DNA of 64,000 nt from Desulfobacterales bacterium (lineage in GTDB: Bacteria; Desulfobacterota; Desulfobacteria; Desulfobacterales; UBA5852), in NCBI GenBank assembly GCA_963674755.2, contig CAXXVS010000003.1, forward strand, positions 2,304,001 through 2,368,000. The letters are read 5' to 3'. The position numbers and the translations under genes were made by a program. Under the pieces are notes generated by a model that searched no databases, was not told the origin of the DNA, and saw nothing but the letters and a program-made list of their open reading frames with translations. Positions 29,433 through 39,844 of this stretch are shown piece by piece (position 1 is the first letter of the stretch; the number at the start of each line of letters is the position of its first letter).

Positions 29433-31271
29433 ATGAAATCGACGATCGTGGTTTTGGTGCAAACCTATGACATCATAGGCCTGCATATAATGAAAAAGGA
29501 ATCAAATATATTTATGAAAGAATTTGATAAAAATGCATATTTTGCTGCTTTTGATGTGATGCAAAGCTGTGTGGTATTTTTTGATAAGAATCTAAGGGTA
29601 TTATATGCGAACCCTTTTTTTGCCGAATTCTCAGGATTGTCTGTATCAGCGATAAAAGGTTGTAAGTTTAATGATATATTTCAAATTGATTACAATAAAA
29701 TAAATCAAATATGTAATAAATTAAAAAGTAATTATCATGAAGAAATTGATAATTATTTACATACTAAAAATAATACAAAAATATTTATAAAATTATTTTT
29801 TAAGATGATTATGTTGAAAACCGATAAGATTTATTTATGTTCTTTTCGTGATATAAATAGGGAAAAAAAGTTAGAATATGAACTTATCGAAAGTAAACGA
29901 ATGCTCAATACTTTAATGAGCAATGTATCGGGAATGGTTTATCGTTGTCATAATGATAGAGACTGGACAATGGAGTTCGTAAGTGAAGGCTGTGAAAAAT
30001 TAACTGGCTATTCTTCTAAACAGTTGACTAATGGTAGTATTACATTCAGAAAAATTATCCATCCGGAAGATATTGATGATAATTGGTATGAGATTCAGAA
30101 AGCTTTAGCAAGCAATAAACCTTATAGGACAGTTTTTCGTGTTATAACTGCATCTGGTGATGAGAAATGGGTACTAGAACAAGGGGTTGGTATATATAAT
30201 AAAAGTAATAAATTAAAATTTTTAGAAGGATTTTTAACTGATGTTACTGAGCAGAAAAAATTGGAAAATCGTTTGCTTTGGGAAAATAAGGTGCTGAGAT
30301 CCAAGGTTAATCAAACGTCGATTAATTTAGGAAATATTATAGGCCAAAGCGATGCGATGCAACAAGTTTATAATCTGATTATACAAGCTGCTGCATCAAA
30401 AGCACCTGTCATAGTTTATGGAGAATCGGGTACGGGAAAAGAATTAGTCGCCAAGGCAATTCATGAATTGAGCGAAAGAAGAGACAGCGCATTCGTGGCT
30501 GTAAATTGCGCTGCTATTCCTGAAAATTTGATAGAAAGCGAATTCTTTGGTTATAAGAAGGGCGCTTTTTCTGGCGCTTCCAGTAACAAGCCAGGTTACA
30601 TGGAACTTGCTAACAATGGAACACTTTTTTTAGATGAGATTGGTGAGATTAGTACATATATGCAGGCTAAACTTTTGCGTGCATTAGAGGGGAGTGGGTA
30701 TATCCCAATCGGAGGATCAAAACCAAAAATACCAGATATAAGGATTATTTCAGCGACAAATAGGGATTTGTTGCAATTGGTAAAAGATGGGCTTTTCCGT
30801 AAAGATTTTTTTTATAGGATAAATGTTTTACCCATTGAATTGCCGCCGCTACGAGAAAGAAGGGCAGATATCCTTTTATTAATAAGCCATTTCATTAAAA
30901 AGTTTAGTAAAAATGAAAATAGAGATTTGTTACCATTGAATTTAATAAATATGTTACAAAATTACAACTGGCCAGGCAACGTTCGAGAATTGCAAAATGT
31001 GATTCAGAGATATATTACGACCGGAAAGGTTGCGTTTATTGAAAAATATTCTGATGAAAAAAATTTGCGGAATATAAACAAAATCGAAAATGATGAAAAA
31101 GTTGCTACAATAGAAAACAGTTTAAAACAATCGATTGATGAATATGAAAAAAGAGCTATTCAAAACACATTAACAAGATACAATTGGCACAGAGGAAAAA
31201 CATCTATAGCACTTGGTATCGACTATAGGACCTTAACAAGAAAGATCAAGAAATATGAGTTAGATGCGTAA
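29433..31271 (+). CDS. Sigma54-dependent activator with two PAS domains
   Basis: GESGTGKE, GAFSGA, WPGNVREL, Fis-type HTH; AT-rich; true start may be 29490 or 29514. Confidence 0.92.
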   Translation: MKSTIVVLVQTYDIIGLHIMKKESNIFMKEFDKNAYFAAFDVMQSCVVFFDKNLRVLYANPFFAEFSGLSVSAIKGCKFNDIFQIDYNKINQICNKLKSNYHEEIDNYLHTKNNTKIFIKLFFKMIMLKTDKIYLCSFRDINREKKLEYELIESKRMLNTLMSNVSGMVYRCHNDRDWTMEFVSEGCEKLTGYSSKQLTNGSITFRKIIHPEDIDDNWYEIQKALASNKPYRTVFRVITASGDEKWVLEQGVGIYNKSNKLKFLEGFLTDVTEQKKLENRLLWENKVLRSKVNQTSINLGNIIGQSDAMQQVYNLIIQAAASKAPVIVYGESGTGKELVAKAIHELSERRDSAFVAVNCAAIPENLIESEFFGYKKGAFSGASSNKPGYMELANNGTLFLDEIGEISTYMQAKLLRALEGSGYIPIGGSKPKIPDIRIISATNRDLLQLVKDGLFRKDFFYRINVLPIELPPLRERRADILLLISHFIKKFSKNENRDLLPLNLINMLQNYNWPGNVRELQNVIQRYITTGKVAFIEKYSDEKNLRNINKIENDEKVATIENSLKQSIDEYEKRAIQNTLTRYNWHRGKTSIALGIDYRTLTRKIKKYELDA

Positions 31272-31422
31272 TTAACGGAATATGGAGAATAGCACGTAAT
31301 CCGTAATGTTAAAGTGGAAAAGTTAAGATCTTCCCGGACAATTTGAATTAAGCATCACCGCCAGCTGATAGTGGCTGGGAGTGACGCACGATCGTCCTCT
31401 CAGGTATCGTCCAGTCCTTCTA

Positions 31423-31758
31423 CATGTCGTCCTCCAATTCCAAATGGCCCATGCCGGTGTTCGTTCCATGCCGGTAGGCGACGATACGGGTTGCCCCTGT
31501 GTCTGCCCTCGATGCATAAACCGTCCGATCGATGCGGAGACTTCGGAATTGCGAACAATCCGGCGATGGCCCAGCGATTCGGATCGATAGGCTTGGAGCC
31601 CGGGGCAGGCCTTGATGATGGCTTCGGGGTAGAAAACAACCGGGCCGCTTTCCGTGCCGAACGCTGTGGGAAAATGGCATCCAGGAGTTGATTTTTTATC
31701 TGAAACATCATGTGTGTTGTGTTCATGGATCCCCCCTCTTTTTTTTCGGGTTGTTCGA
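31423..31758. repeat. ~335 bp direct repeat, right border of island
   Basis: Matches 3186-3520; minus strand carries a degenerate gene start (MNTTHMMFQIKNQLL...ARKAARLFSTP). Confidence 0.95.
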
Positions 31759-31778
31759 TGGCGTTAGTTTATTTTGTC

Positions 31779-31796
31779 ATATGTCAACTGACATAT
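31779..31796. promoter_or_regulatory. Palindromic operator-like site
   Basis: ATATGTCA-ac-TGACATAT. Confidence 0.55.
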
Positions 31797-31841
31797 TAAG
31801 GTAAGTAGGTTAGGTTATGATGATCCCATTTCAAGAAAAGA

Positions 31842-31946
31842 ATGGCGAGGCAGACCAAGCGATACGCAAAAGATCACAGGGAAAACACTTATAAACGCAT
31901 CGTGGAGGTTGCATCACAGCGCTTCTGAAAAGACGGCATTCAAGGG
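31842..31946 (+). pseudogene. TetR-family N-terminal fragment with internal stop
   Basis: MARQTKRYAKDHRENTYKRIVEVASQRF*KDGIQG. Confidence 0.65.
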
Positions 31947-32031
31947 GATGAGGTGTTGAAAGATGGGATTGAAGCGGCCCTTGCACTGGCTGGTATTTCA
32001 ACAAGGGGATAAGTTTATACGCGGCAGAAGC

Positions 32032-32104
32032 CAGGTCTCAACTCTTGACAAACATCCTTCTTCAAATTCAAGGGCTGCTGTCAAAAGTTGCGACCTGACC
32101 CCGC
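32032..32104. repeat. REP doublet/MITE-like inverted repeat
   Basis: caggtctcaactcttgaca (32032-32050) vs tgtcaaaagttgcgacctg (32079-32097), 17/19 complementary, followed by acccc. Confidence 0.65.
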
Positions 32105-32135
32105 TTGATCCCCGGAAAACAAGTTCCTATATTTT

Positions 32136-33119
32136 TTATTCCCCCGCGAACAGGCGGCGGGGATTTTCCTTGATAATGGACGTGATCTGAGCGTCGGTCA
32201 CACCGCCCTTTTTCAGTTCAGGAATGATGTTCTTGAACAAGTGGGAGGGATGCCAGTTGGCGACCAGGGGCAGGGCCGCTTCCGGCAGGTTCAAGGGCCT
32301 GCCCAGCCAGTTGAGGATACAGTCGTGGGAGATCATCATCTTGTCGGCATATCCTTTTTTGATGAGTTCGATCATCACCGGATAGCGCTGGGCGTCCATG
32401 GGGCATCCCACCAGGCCCTGAAGGCCCATGCGGTCCCAGGATACATACACGCCGTGCTTGAAGGTGTCTTCCTGGTACTCGATGTCGATGTTGTCGCTCA
32501 TGTGGCCGATCTGGATTTGCTTGGGATTGGCGCCTGCGCCGATCAGGAATTCGGCCTGCTGCGGCCCCATGGTGCCTTCCTGGGTGTGGGTGATGATGGG
32601 CACGCCCGTTTCCTTGGAAACCTGCGCCGCAGTGGCAAACATGATCTTTTCGTAATCCGTGATCGCGCCTTTGCTGGAACCCACTTTAAGGACGCCCGCC
32701 TTGATTCCGGTGTCCATAATGCCCTTGGTCACCTCGGTCATAAACAGTTCGTAAAGTTCTCCGGTGATATCGCCCAGGCTGCCCCGGAATTTCCAATAGG
32801 TGGGGGAGCCTTCTCCCTCGTAGTAATACCCGGTGGCGCAAATAATGTTCACGCCTGATTTTTCCGAGATTTCCTTGAGAATTTCCGGCATGCGGCCGCC
32901 GTCCAGGGGGGTGGCGTCCACATAAGACTGAAGGCCATATTCGTCCTTGAGTTGCTTGAGGGTGGTCACGCCGTTGGCCACGATTTCTTTGCGGTTCAAA
33001 GGCGCGATGGTCCTGTCGCCTTCCCAGCCGGGATAGCCATACAGGATATGCTCATGCATAAGTGTTATGCCAAGGTCAGACGGTGCGATGGATCCTAAGA
33101 CGGTATTTACAGCAGCCAT
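32136..33119 (-). CDS. Phosphotriesterase-like lactonase
   Basis: TLMHEH, ICATGYY, LKVG, THT, GH, SHD, ENPRRL. Confidence 0.9.
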   Translation of the reverse strand: MAAVNTVLGSIAPSDLGITLMHEHILYGYPGWEGDRTIAPLNRKEIVANGVTTLKQLKDEYGLQSYVDATPLDGGRMPEILKEISEKSGVNIICATGYYYEGEGSPTYWKFRGSLGDITGELYELFMTEVTKGIMDTGIKAGVLKVGSSKGAITDYEKIMFATAAQVSKETGVPIITHTQEGTMGPQQAEFLIGAGANPKQIQIGHMSDNIDIEYQEDTFKHGVYVSWDRMGLQGLVGCPMDAQRYPVMIELIKKGYADKMMISHDCILNWLGRPLNLPEAALPLVANWHPSHLFKNIIPELKKGGVTDAQITSIIKENPRRLFAGE

Positions 33120-33209
33120 GGTTTCCTCCTTGAAATTTCGGGGCTTGGGCGCTTGGCCGGAATTAGCCTTTTGCCCCCCAATGGGAGCAAACGCCAGGTT
33201 GGGTTGGTT

Positions 33210-34865
33210 TTACAGGCGATCCCGCTCTTCTTCCTGGAGTTGACGCCATAATATTTTGCCAGCGCCACTCTTGGGAAGGGATTCCACGAATTCCACATGC
33301 CGGGGATATTTATATGCCGACATCTGCTCCTTGGACCAGGCAATGATTTCCTGTGGTGTAATTTTGCCTTTGTATGCCTTGTTAAGCACAATGATGGCCT
33401 TGACGGTTTCCACCCGCGCCTGGTCCGGCAGGCCGATGACGCAGGCTTCCAACACCGCGGGGTGGCGGTACAGGGTGGCTTCCACGTCCGCAGGCCATAC
33501 CTTGAATCCGGCCGCATTGATCATGCGTTTCACCCGGTCCATGATATAAAAATAGCCCTCTTCGTCCATGCGCCCGATATCGCCGGTCCTGAGGAATTGC
33601 TTGCCGTCGATTTCAAGGAAGGATTCCCTGGTGGCCTCGGGTTTGTTCCAGTATCCTTTAAGGACCTGGGGGCCGTTGACCACGATTTCGCCCTGCTCGC
33701 CCACAGGAAGCTCCTTCAGCGTGATGACATCCACAATGCGGGAATCCACGCCGAAAACCGGAATGCCAATACTGCCCATCTTGGGGCGGTCGGGCGGGTT
33801 CCAATGGGTTTGGGATATGGTTTCGGTCATGCCGTAACCTTCGGCGAATTGGAGGCCGGTCATTTTGTTGAATTTCTCGCCCACGGCCTGTGGCAGGGGC
33901 GCGCCGCCGCCCCCCACAAAACTTAGGGAGGAAATGTCGCGTTCGTTGATGTCTGGGGACGCCAGCATGTCAATGAGCATGGTGGTGATATTGGCCCACA
34001 TGGTCACCTTGTATTTTTCGATGGCGGCCAGGGCCGCGGCCCGGTCCCAACGGGTCAGGTAAATGGCAATCCCGCCATTGGCGATAGGCGCCAGAAAACT
34101 GTGGATCATGCCGGTCACATGAAAGAAAGGCAGCGCGGCTAACGCTACCATGCTGGGCGACCCGTTGCTCCAGTAAATAGACCCCATTACGTTGGACGTA
34201 ACCGTCCGATGGGTGTGCATGCATCCCTTGGGAATGCCGGTGGAGCCCGCTGTATACGGCAGCAGGCAAAGGTCATCCGGCCCCACTTCCACGGGAGGAG
34301 GTTCAGGTGCAGAAGCCAGGGCCTGCAACCAATTGAGCGTTCCATCAATGGTGGAAGGAACGCTGCCCATGAAGTCCGGCACTGGAATTTGTGGCTTTTC
34401 AGGAACATAATCCGTCAATGCACCGACGATGACATTGCTGATTTCCAGTTCCGCGCAGATTCCCTTTATACGCGGATAAAGCTCGGTGGTGGTGATAACC
34501 GTTTGGGCCTGGCAGTCCGTCAGAAGCGTACGCAATTCATTATCTACCAGCATTGGATTCAGGGGCACCACGACGCCGTTTGCTCGCATGCCTCCGAAAT
34601 AGCTGATGGCAAAGTGAGGGCAATTTTGCATGTACACGGCGACCCGATCCCCTTTTTTCACGCCCATTCCCGCCAGAACCCCGGCCAGGCGCTGGCAGGA
34701 ATCCCAAAACTCGGCATAGGTGATTTCCCGGCCATAATATATGATGCCGGGCCGGTCCGGGTAACGCCGGGCCGAGGTTTCCAGGAACTCGAACAAGGGG
34801 GTCTGGGGATACACTAACGCTTTGGGGACACGCTTTGGCCAATGGGGAAAATGGATATTGTTCAC
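33210..34865 (-). CDS. Long-chain acyl-CoA ligase family
   Basis: YTAGSTGIPKG, EGYGMTE, RTGD, PKSGAGK. Confidence 0.93.
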   Translation of the reverse strand: MNNIHFPHWPKRVPKALVYPQTPLFEFLETSARRYPDRPGIIYYGREITYAEFWDSCQRLAGVLAGMGVKKGDRVAVYMQNCPHFAISYFGGMRANGVVVPLNPMLVDNELRTLLTDCQAQTVITTTELYPRIKGICAELEISNVIVGALTDYVPEKPQIPVPDFMGSVPSTIDGTLNWLQALASAPEPPPVEVGPDDLCLLPYTAGSTGIPKGCMHTHRTVTSNVMGSIYWSNGSPSMVALAALPFFHVTGMIHSFLAPIANGGIAIYLTRWDRAAALAAIEKYKVTMWANITTMLIDMLASPDINERDISSLSFVGGGGAPLPQAVGEKFNKMTGLQFAEGYGMTETISQTHWNPPDRPKMGSIGIPVFGVDSRIVDVITLKELPVGEQGEIVVNGPQVLKGYWNKPEATRESFLEIDGKQFLRTGDIGRMDEEGYFYIMDRVKRMINAAGFKVWPADVEATLYRHPAVLEACVIGLPDQARVETVKAIIVLNKAYKGKITPQEIIAWSKEQMSAYKYPRHVEFVESLPKSGAGKILWRQLQEEERDRL

Positions 34866-35086
34866 GGCTTCCTCCCTAGGGTGGTGGGTAATAGGAATGG
34901 TATAAGAGATACGTGTAAACGGGCCTGCGCGCCGCCTCCCGCAACGCTCGAAAGCCGCGGACAGTCAGTCCGCGTTTTCTGGACCCAAAGTGAAGCCCCG
35001 GCATAGTCCCGAACGGAAGAGAGAACTCCTATGGATAGGGCCGGATTCCCATGGACGTGTTTTTTCCACAGGCAAACCAAAATACT

Positions 35087-35098
35087 GAACGAACGTTC
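35087..35098. promoter_or_regulatory. Possible TetR-type operator upstream of the CoA ligase
   Basis: GAACG-aa-CGTTC dyad. Confidence 0.3.
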
Positions 35099-35268
35099 GT
35101 ATTTATTCCTAACACCCAATGGCGCTCAGGTAAAGTTGTTTTTGTTGGATAAGTGATACGCATTCCTTTATGTTGCGAACGAAGTCCCATTTTCAGTTGA
35201 TTTTGAATGGCCCGGCGGTTTTGACGCCATCACCTGCGTCGGTGAGGCAAACATTAGATAGAGAGACG

Positions 35269-35997
35269 ATGAAGACCAAACTTGAGCACAAATCATCGAT
35301 AGATGACATCAGGCAGCGATTTGATAACGACGTCGAGCGCTTTTCCAATATCGAAACCGGACAAACCGCCACCATCGATGCACCATTGACAATGGCGCTC
35401 ATAACCGAAGCGGCCTATACGTCGACAAAGCCGATTCGCCGGGTTTTGGATATCGGATGCGGTGCGGGAAACAATACCATCAAACTGGCAAACTATGCGG
35501 CACCTTTCGACTGCGATCTTGTCGATCTCAGCCGGCCCATGCTGAAGAGGGCGGGAACCCGCATTTCCAAGGTCAACTCCGGTAAAATAACGATATTCCA
35601 GGGCGATTTCCGCTCCATCGACTTGCCGGAACAAGGCTATGATGTCATCTTGGCCGCTGCTGTTTTGCACCATTTGAGAGATGACGGGGACTGGACGTCC
35701 ACCTTCCGCAAAATTTATCGGCTGACGGCGCCGGGTGGCAGCGTATGGATTACGGATCTGGTGTCCCATGAAACCGAAGCGGTCCATTCGCTGATGTGGA
35801 AGCGCTACGGGGATTATCTCTGCTCGATCGGCGGCGAAGGTTATCGCGACAAGGTTTTTGCCTATATCGACAAGGAAGATTCGCCCCGGCCGGTCACTTT
35901 CCAACTGGACCTTTTGCGGAAGGTCGGCTTTAATCGCGTGGAACTTTTGCATAAGAATTCCTGTTTTGCCGCTTTCGGGGCCATCAAGGCCGCTTGA
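35269..35997 (+). CDS. Class I SAM-dependent methyltransferase
   Basis: VLDIGCGAG, DLS..ML, AVLHH. Confidence 0.9.
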   Translation: MKTKLEHKSSIDDIRQRFDNDVERFSNIETGQTATIDAPLTMALITEAAYTSTKPIRRVLDIGCGAGNNTIKLANYAAPFDCDLVDLSRPMLKRAGTRISKVNSGKITIFQGDFRSIDLPEQGYDVILAAAVLHHLRDDGDWTSTFRKIYRLTAPGGSVWITDLVSHETEAVHSLMWKRYGDYLCSIGGEGYRDKVFAYIDKEDSPRPVTFQLDLLRKVGFNRVELLHKNSCFAAFGAIKAA

Positions 35998-36121
35998 GGG
36001 CCTACATGGCTTTACGACCAAAAATGCGTAAAGTGCCCGGCAATCGGTGAAAAATCAGGTTCCCCTTGAATAGAGGGCTCGACCCTTTCCACCCCGCATT
36101 GAACTGAAAGTGTTAAACGTC

Positions 36122-36709
36122 ATGGAAAATGTATTGGAAACAGCAAAACAAATGCGGGCGGAAGCCTGGTCTGCCATTGAAGAGACCGATGTCATCAACC
36201 ATTGGGTTTCTATTGGGGCAACCGTCAATCTGGTCGGCTCACTTAAAACAGGCTTGCTGATAAAAAATCGCGACATCGATTTTCATATCTATACGAACCC
36301 GTTCAAGCTTTCCGACAGCTTTTTGGCGGTATCCCGACTGGCTGAAAACAGGCGCATTAAAACCGTTAGCTACGCAAACCTGCTCGAAGCTGAAGACAAG
36401 TGCATCGAGTGGCATGCTTCCTATGACGATGACAATGGGAATGCATGGCAAATCGACATGATTCATATTTTAAACGAATCACCTTATGCCGGCTATTTTG
36501 AAAACGTTGCGGAACGTATTGCCACAGTTTTAACGCCGGAGACGCGCGAGGCCATTCTCAGGATAAAAAACGCTATTCCGGTTGAAGAAAAAGTTGGATC
36601 CATTCAAATCTATCAAGCGGTAATCCGGGATGGAATTCGCGATCTGGATGCGTTTTTCCGATGGAAGCAGCAGAATCCGGACGACGGCATCATTACCTGG
36701 GTGCCCTGA
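36122..36709 (+). CDS. Hypothetical protein, nucleotidyltransferase-like
   Basis: LVGS...RDIDF plus a downstream IDM: Pol-beta-type GS/DxD/D pattern. Confidence 0.6.
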   Translation: MENVLETAKQMRAEAWSAIEETDVINHWVSIGATVNLVGSLKTGLLIKNRDIDFHIYTNPFKLSDSFLAVSRLAENRRIKTVSYANLLEAEDKCIEWHASYDDDNGNAWQIDMIHILNESPYAGYFENVAERIATVLTPETREAILRIKNAIPVEEKVGSIQIYQAVIRDGIRDLDAFFRWKQQNPDDGIITWVP

Positions 36710-36741
36710 ATGGGTAACGGAACGAGGCGTTTGCAGACAGC

Positions 36742-37059
36742 ATGAAATCGCTTTTTGACAACATCCCCGCCGAACTGCCGGATGAACTCTTCGAAACGCT
36801 GGTGGCAGCCGACCGGGTGAGGATCGAACGCATCGTTTCCCGGGGCCAGGCCTCGCCCGAGGGGTTCTGGTACGACCAGGAGGAGAATGAATTCGTGCTG
36901 GTCCTTCGGGGAAGCGCGGGGCTGCGGATGGAGAGCGAGGATGCCCCGCTCGTCTTGAGACCGGGCGACTACGTCGACATCCCGGCCCATGTCCGGCATC
37001 GGGTGGAATGGACCGATCCCTCCGGCGCGACGATCTGGCTGGCCGTACACTACCGTTGA
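36742..37059 (+). CDS. Cupin-domain protein
   Basis: RIERIVSRG, WYDQ..NEFV, IPAHVRHRV. Confidence 0.88.
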   Translation: MKSLFDNIPAELPDELFETLVAADRVRIERIVSRGQASPEGFWYDQEENEFVLVLRGSAGLRMESEDAPLVLRPGDYVDIPAHVRHRVEWTDPSGATIWLAVHYR

Positions 37060-37191
37060 TCGACGACGGACTGGCCGATCTGATGGGCGGCGATCTTTGG
37101 GCTTCCAGCGGGAAATCGGCCGCGTTGCCGGTAAATTCAAGCTACACGCGTTCCACAAGACCTGCAGGCCAGCCTTTTTGCAACTCAGCGG

Positions 37192-38313
37192 TTATCGAAA
37201 AAGAAAACGCGTCAGGTCGAGGTTGTGCTGAAAAAGGGCTTCGTCGGGCAGCGCTCCGGCCTGGTTCCAAACGAGCAGGGGCAGGCGCATTTCATGGAGG
37301 GAGCCATGGGCCCGGTAGGTTGACGGCAGCAATTCATGCGCCGTGTCCATTTCACCGAACATGGTGTCCTTGTCGCCGGTCACGATGAGATCGCCGATGT
37401 GCTGCGGGGTGAGGTTGAAACGGGCGGCGGCCGCCTCCCGGGTCATGACCTCTTCCACGCCGGGCAATTCGTTTAAAACCGCAATCGTCCGGCGGAGGTC
37501 GGCCGCCCGTTGGAGCCAGATCCAGGAACAGCCGGTGAAGTTGCGGTGATGGGCGATGTAGTAATCCCTCTCGGGCGAGAGAACGAAGCGCGGGGGCAGC
37601 CCCTTCTCCGTCAGGACCCGTTTCAAATCCCAGCACTGCTTTTTGTAATTCATGCCGTGGTCGGCGGTGGCCAGGAAGGCGGCGTCCGGAGCGGTTTCGA
37701 TCGCCTGGCCGATGAGCCGGTCGAGGTTTTCCAGGTGCTCCCGCGATTCCTCCTGCTCCGGTCCCCAGGCGTGCATGGGATAATCTGTGATATGAACGTA
37801 TAGTAAGTTGATATCGGTCCGCTCCCGCAGAATCGCGATGGCCACCTGCCACAGCCAGTAGTTGATTTCCCGGGAGTAGATATCCGCCGGAGGACCGTAT
37901 TGGGTGACCACCGCTTCGGAGGGGGTCTCGGCCGCAATCCCGATTTCCACGTCCTGGTGGAAGAGCTCCAGCGTTTTGCGCTTGGACGTCAGCAGGGCGG
38001 ATTTCATCCCTTTCTGCTTGGCGCGCCGGAAAATAGTCGGGCAGGTGATCAACTCGGCCGCGTTCATGTATTCGGGGCGGCCGGAGGCCTGGTCGAAATA
38101 GGAATTGGCGCTGATGCCATGCTCCATGGGCCAGGCCCCGCAGGCGATCGAAACATTGTTCACGTTGGTCACGCTGGGGAACACCCCGGCGACTTCCTTG
38201 AAAAAGCCGTCGCGGATCATGCGGTTCAGATGGGGCATGGGGATGTGGTCGAGGTAGGCCATGTCCAGGCCGTCCATCATGGCGATGATGACCCGCTGGT
38301 TTTCTCCGATCAT
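37192..38313 (-). CDS. Phosphonoacetate hydrolase-like (alkaline phosphatase superfamily), paralog 2
   Basis: MDG, FPSVTNVNN, TDYPMH, TADHGMN, RAHGS. Confidence 0.82.
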   Translation of the reverse strand: MIGENQRVIIAMMDGLDMAYLDHIPMPHLNRMIRDGFFKEVAGVFPSVTNVNNVSIACGAWPMEHGISANSYFDQASGRPEYMNAAELITCPTIFRRAKQKGMKSALLTSKRKTLELFHQDVEIGIAAETPSEAVVTQYGPPADIYSREINYWLWQVAIAILRERTDINLLYVHITDYPMHAWGPEQEESREHLENLDRLIGQAIETAPDAAFLATADHGMNYKKQCWDLKRVLTEKGLPPRFVLSPERDYYIAHHRNFTGCSWIWLQRAADLRRTIAVLNELPGVEEVMTREAAAARFNLTPQHIGDLIVTGDKDTMFGEMDTAHELLPSTYRAHGSLHEMRLPLLVWNQAGALPDEALFQHNLDLTRFLFR

Positions 38314-38350
38314 GTCTTCTCCTTCGGTTAGGGACTGCAAGTTCGCTTCG

Positions 38351-38436
38351 TTTTGATCCAAACCCGCCACACAAACCCCTTTTTAGCCTCCTCCGAGGCG
38401 GCGCTTTGGAGCCTTGCGCTTTGCAGGCGAAGCCTC
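38351..38436 (+). repeat. Minimal copy of repeat family A (ends only)
   Basis: ttttgatccaaacccgccac joined to a sequence resembling the 3' end of family A. Confidence 0.5.
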
Positions 38437-38485
38437 ATAATTGGGGGTTGCTTCGCGTGGATGACCGTTCCTGCCGCCGGCGGTT

Positions 38486-39619
38486 TCAGTCTAAAAAGTC
38501 AAAAAGGTATCGGGTGATGTCCAGGTTGTAGTTGATATCCCGATACCGCGGGCCGGCCTTGTCGGCATTGTAGACGAGCAACGGAATTTCCATTTCATAG
38601 AGGGAGCCGTGGCTGCGGTAGTCGGGGGGCAGAACGGCGCTCTCTTCGGGCAGATCGCCGAACACGGTGTCACGATCCGGCAGGACCACCAGATCGCCGA
38701 TGCGCGCTGTCGCCAGGCTGAAGCGGCGTGCGGCCGTGGCGTTGTCCAGGACGGCTTCGACCCCTTCCAAACCCAGAAGTGTTTCGGCCGCGCGGGTTTG
38801 GTCGGCCGGTGTATCGAGGTGGACATAGGAGACCCCCCCGAAGCCGCCGTGGTGCTTCAGAAGGCGGTCGGCCACCGGCGATACGGCAAACTTGAGGGGC
38901 ATATCGCGGTTCCGGCAGGCCTTGGCCAGGTCCCAGCAGCGCTTTTTAGCGTTCATGCCGTGGTCGGCCGTCACGGCGATGGCAAAATCCGGCGCCAGGT
39001 TATGGAAGCGGCCCAGATAGGTGTCGATGGTGCGCATGTGGGCTTGGGACTCAGGCGCTTCCGGCGGCCACATGTGCATGGGATAGTCCGTGGTATGCAC
39101 GTAGATGAACTTCAGATCGGGGCGGGTCTTAACCAGGTCCAAAGCGATATCCATGAGCCAGTAGTTGATCTCCGCCGAATACATCGGGGGCGGTGTGCCA
39201 TAGCGGTAGCAGATATCCTCCGGCGGCTCTTCGGCGGCGATGGCCAAGGTGGCGTCCTTTCCAAGGATCTTCGTGGTTTTCGATTTGCAGGTCAAAAGGG
39301 CCGACCCGATTCCCGCCCGGGCGGCCCGTTCGAACAGGGTGGGGGTCTTCAAAAAAGAAGCATCTTCCAGGAACCGGGCTTGGCCGGAAACCTTGTCGAA
39401 ATAGCAATTGGTGGTGACGCCATGTTGGTCCGGCCAACTGCCGCAGGCGATGGAAATGTTGTTGGCATTGGTCAGGGAAGGGAAGATGCAGCTGCCCGTC
39501 TTGAAAAAGCCCTGGCGGGCCATGTGGTTCATGACCGGCATTTCGGATCCGTAGTAGTAGTCGATGTCGAATCCGTCGATCATGAATACGGCCACCCCTG
39601 GAAAGATCGTTTCAGACAT
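38486..39619 (-). CDS. Phosphonoacetate hydrolase-like, paralog 1
   Basis: IDG, FPSLTNANN, TDYPMH, TADHGMN, RSHGS. Confidence 0.82.
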   Translation of the reverse strand: MSETIFPGVAVFMIDGFDIDYYYGSEMPVMNHMARQGFFKTGSCIFPSLTNANNISIACGSWPDQHGVTTNCYFDKVSGQARFLEDASFLKTPTLFERAARAGIGSALLTCKSKTTKILGKDATLAIAAEEPPEDICYRYGTPPPMYSAEINYWLMDIALDLVKTRPDLKFIYVHTTDYPMHMWPPEAPESQAHMRTIDTYLGRFHNLAPDFAIAVTADHGMNAKKRCWDLAKACRNRDMPLKFAVSPVADRLLKHHGGFGGVSYVHLDTPADQTRAAETLLGLEGVEAVLDNATAARRFSLATARIGDLVVLPDRDTVFGDLPEESAVLPPDYRSHGSLYEMEIPLLVYNADKAGPRYRDINYNLDITRYLFDFLD

Positions 39620-39655
39620 TACGGCTCCTGATGGGAAAGGATTGCAGGTTACATC

Positions 39656-39844
39656 GTGTTCATCCAGAGGTGGTAGATTTTGGTTTTGGTCAAGGCCGCA
39701 GCGATTTGTCCCGCGCTGCGGGACTTCCCGTCTGATCCAACCCCGCTGGGGGTGGAAACCGCAGGCGTAGCTGAGCTACGTCGAGGATTTCCAAAGAACG
39801 AGAACGCCGGCCGGGGCCAAAAGATGCCATTTCGGGATGAACAC
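39656..39844. repeat. Repeat family B (MITE-like, terminal IRs)
   Basis: gtgttcatccagaggtggtagattttgg ... ccaaaagatgccatttcgggatgaacac, central gcgtagcNNNgctacg; homologous to 54137-54281. Confidence 0.85.

Noticed and set aside
31926..31928. TGA in the TetR fragment as selenocysteine
   Set aside because: Not a Cys position (likely CGA to TGA) and homology ends shortly afterwards
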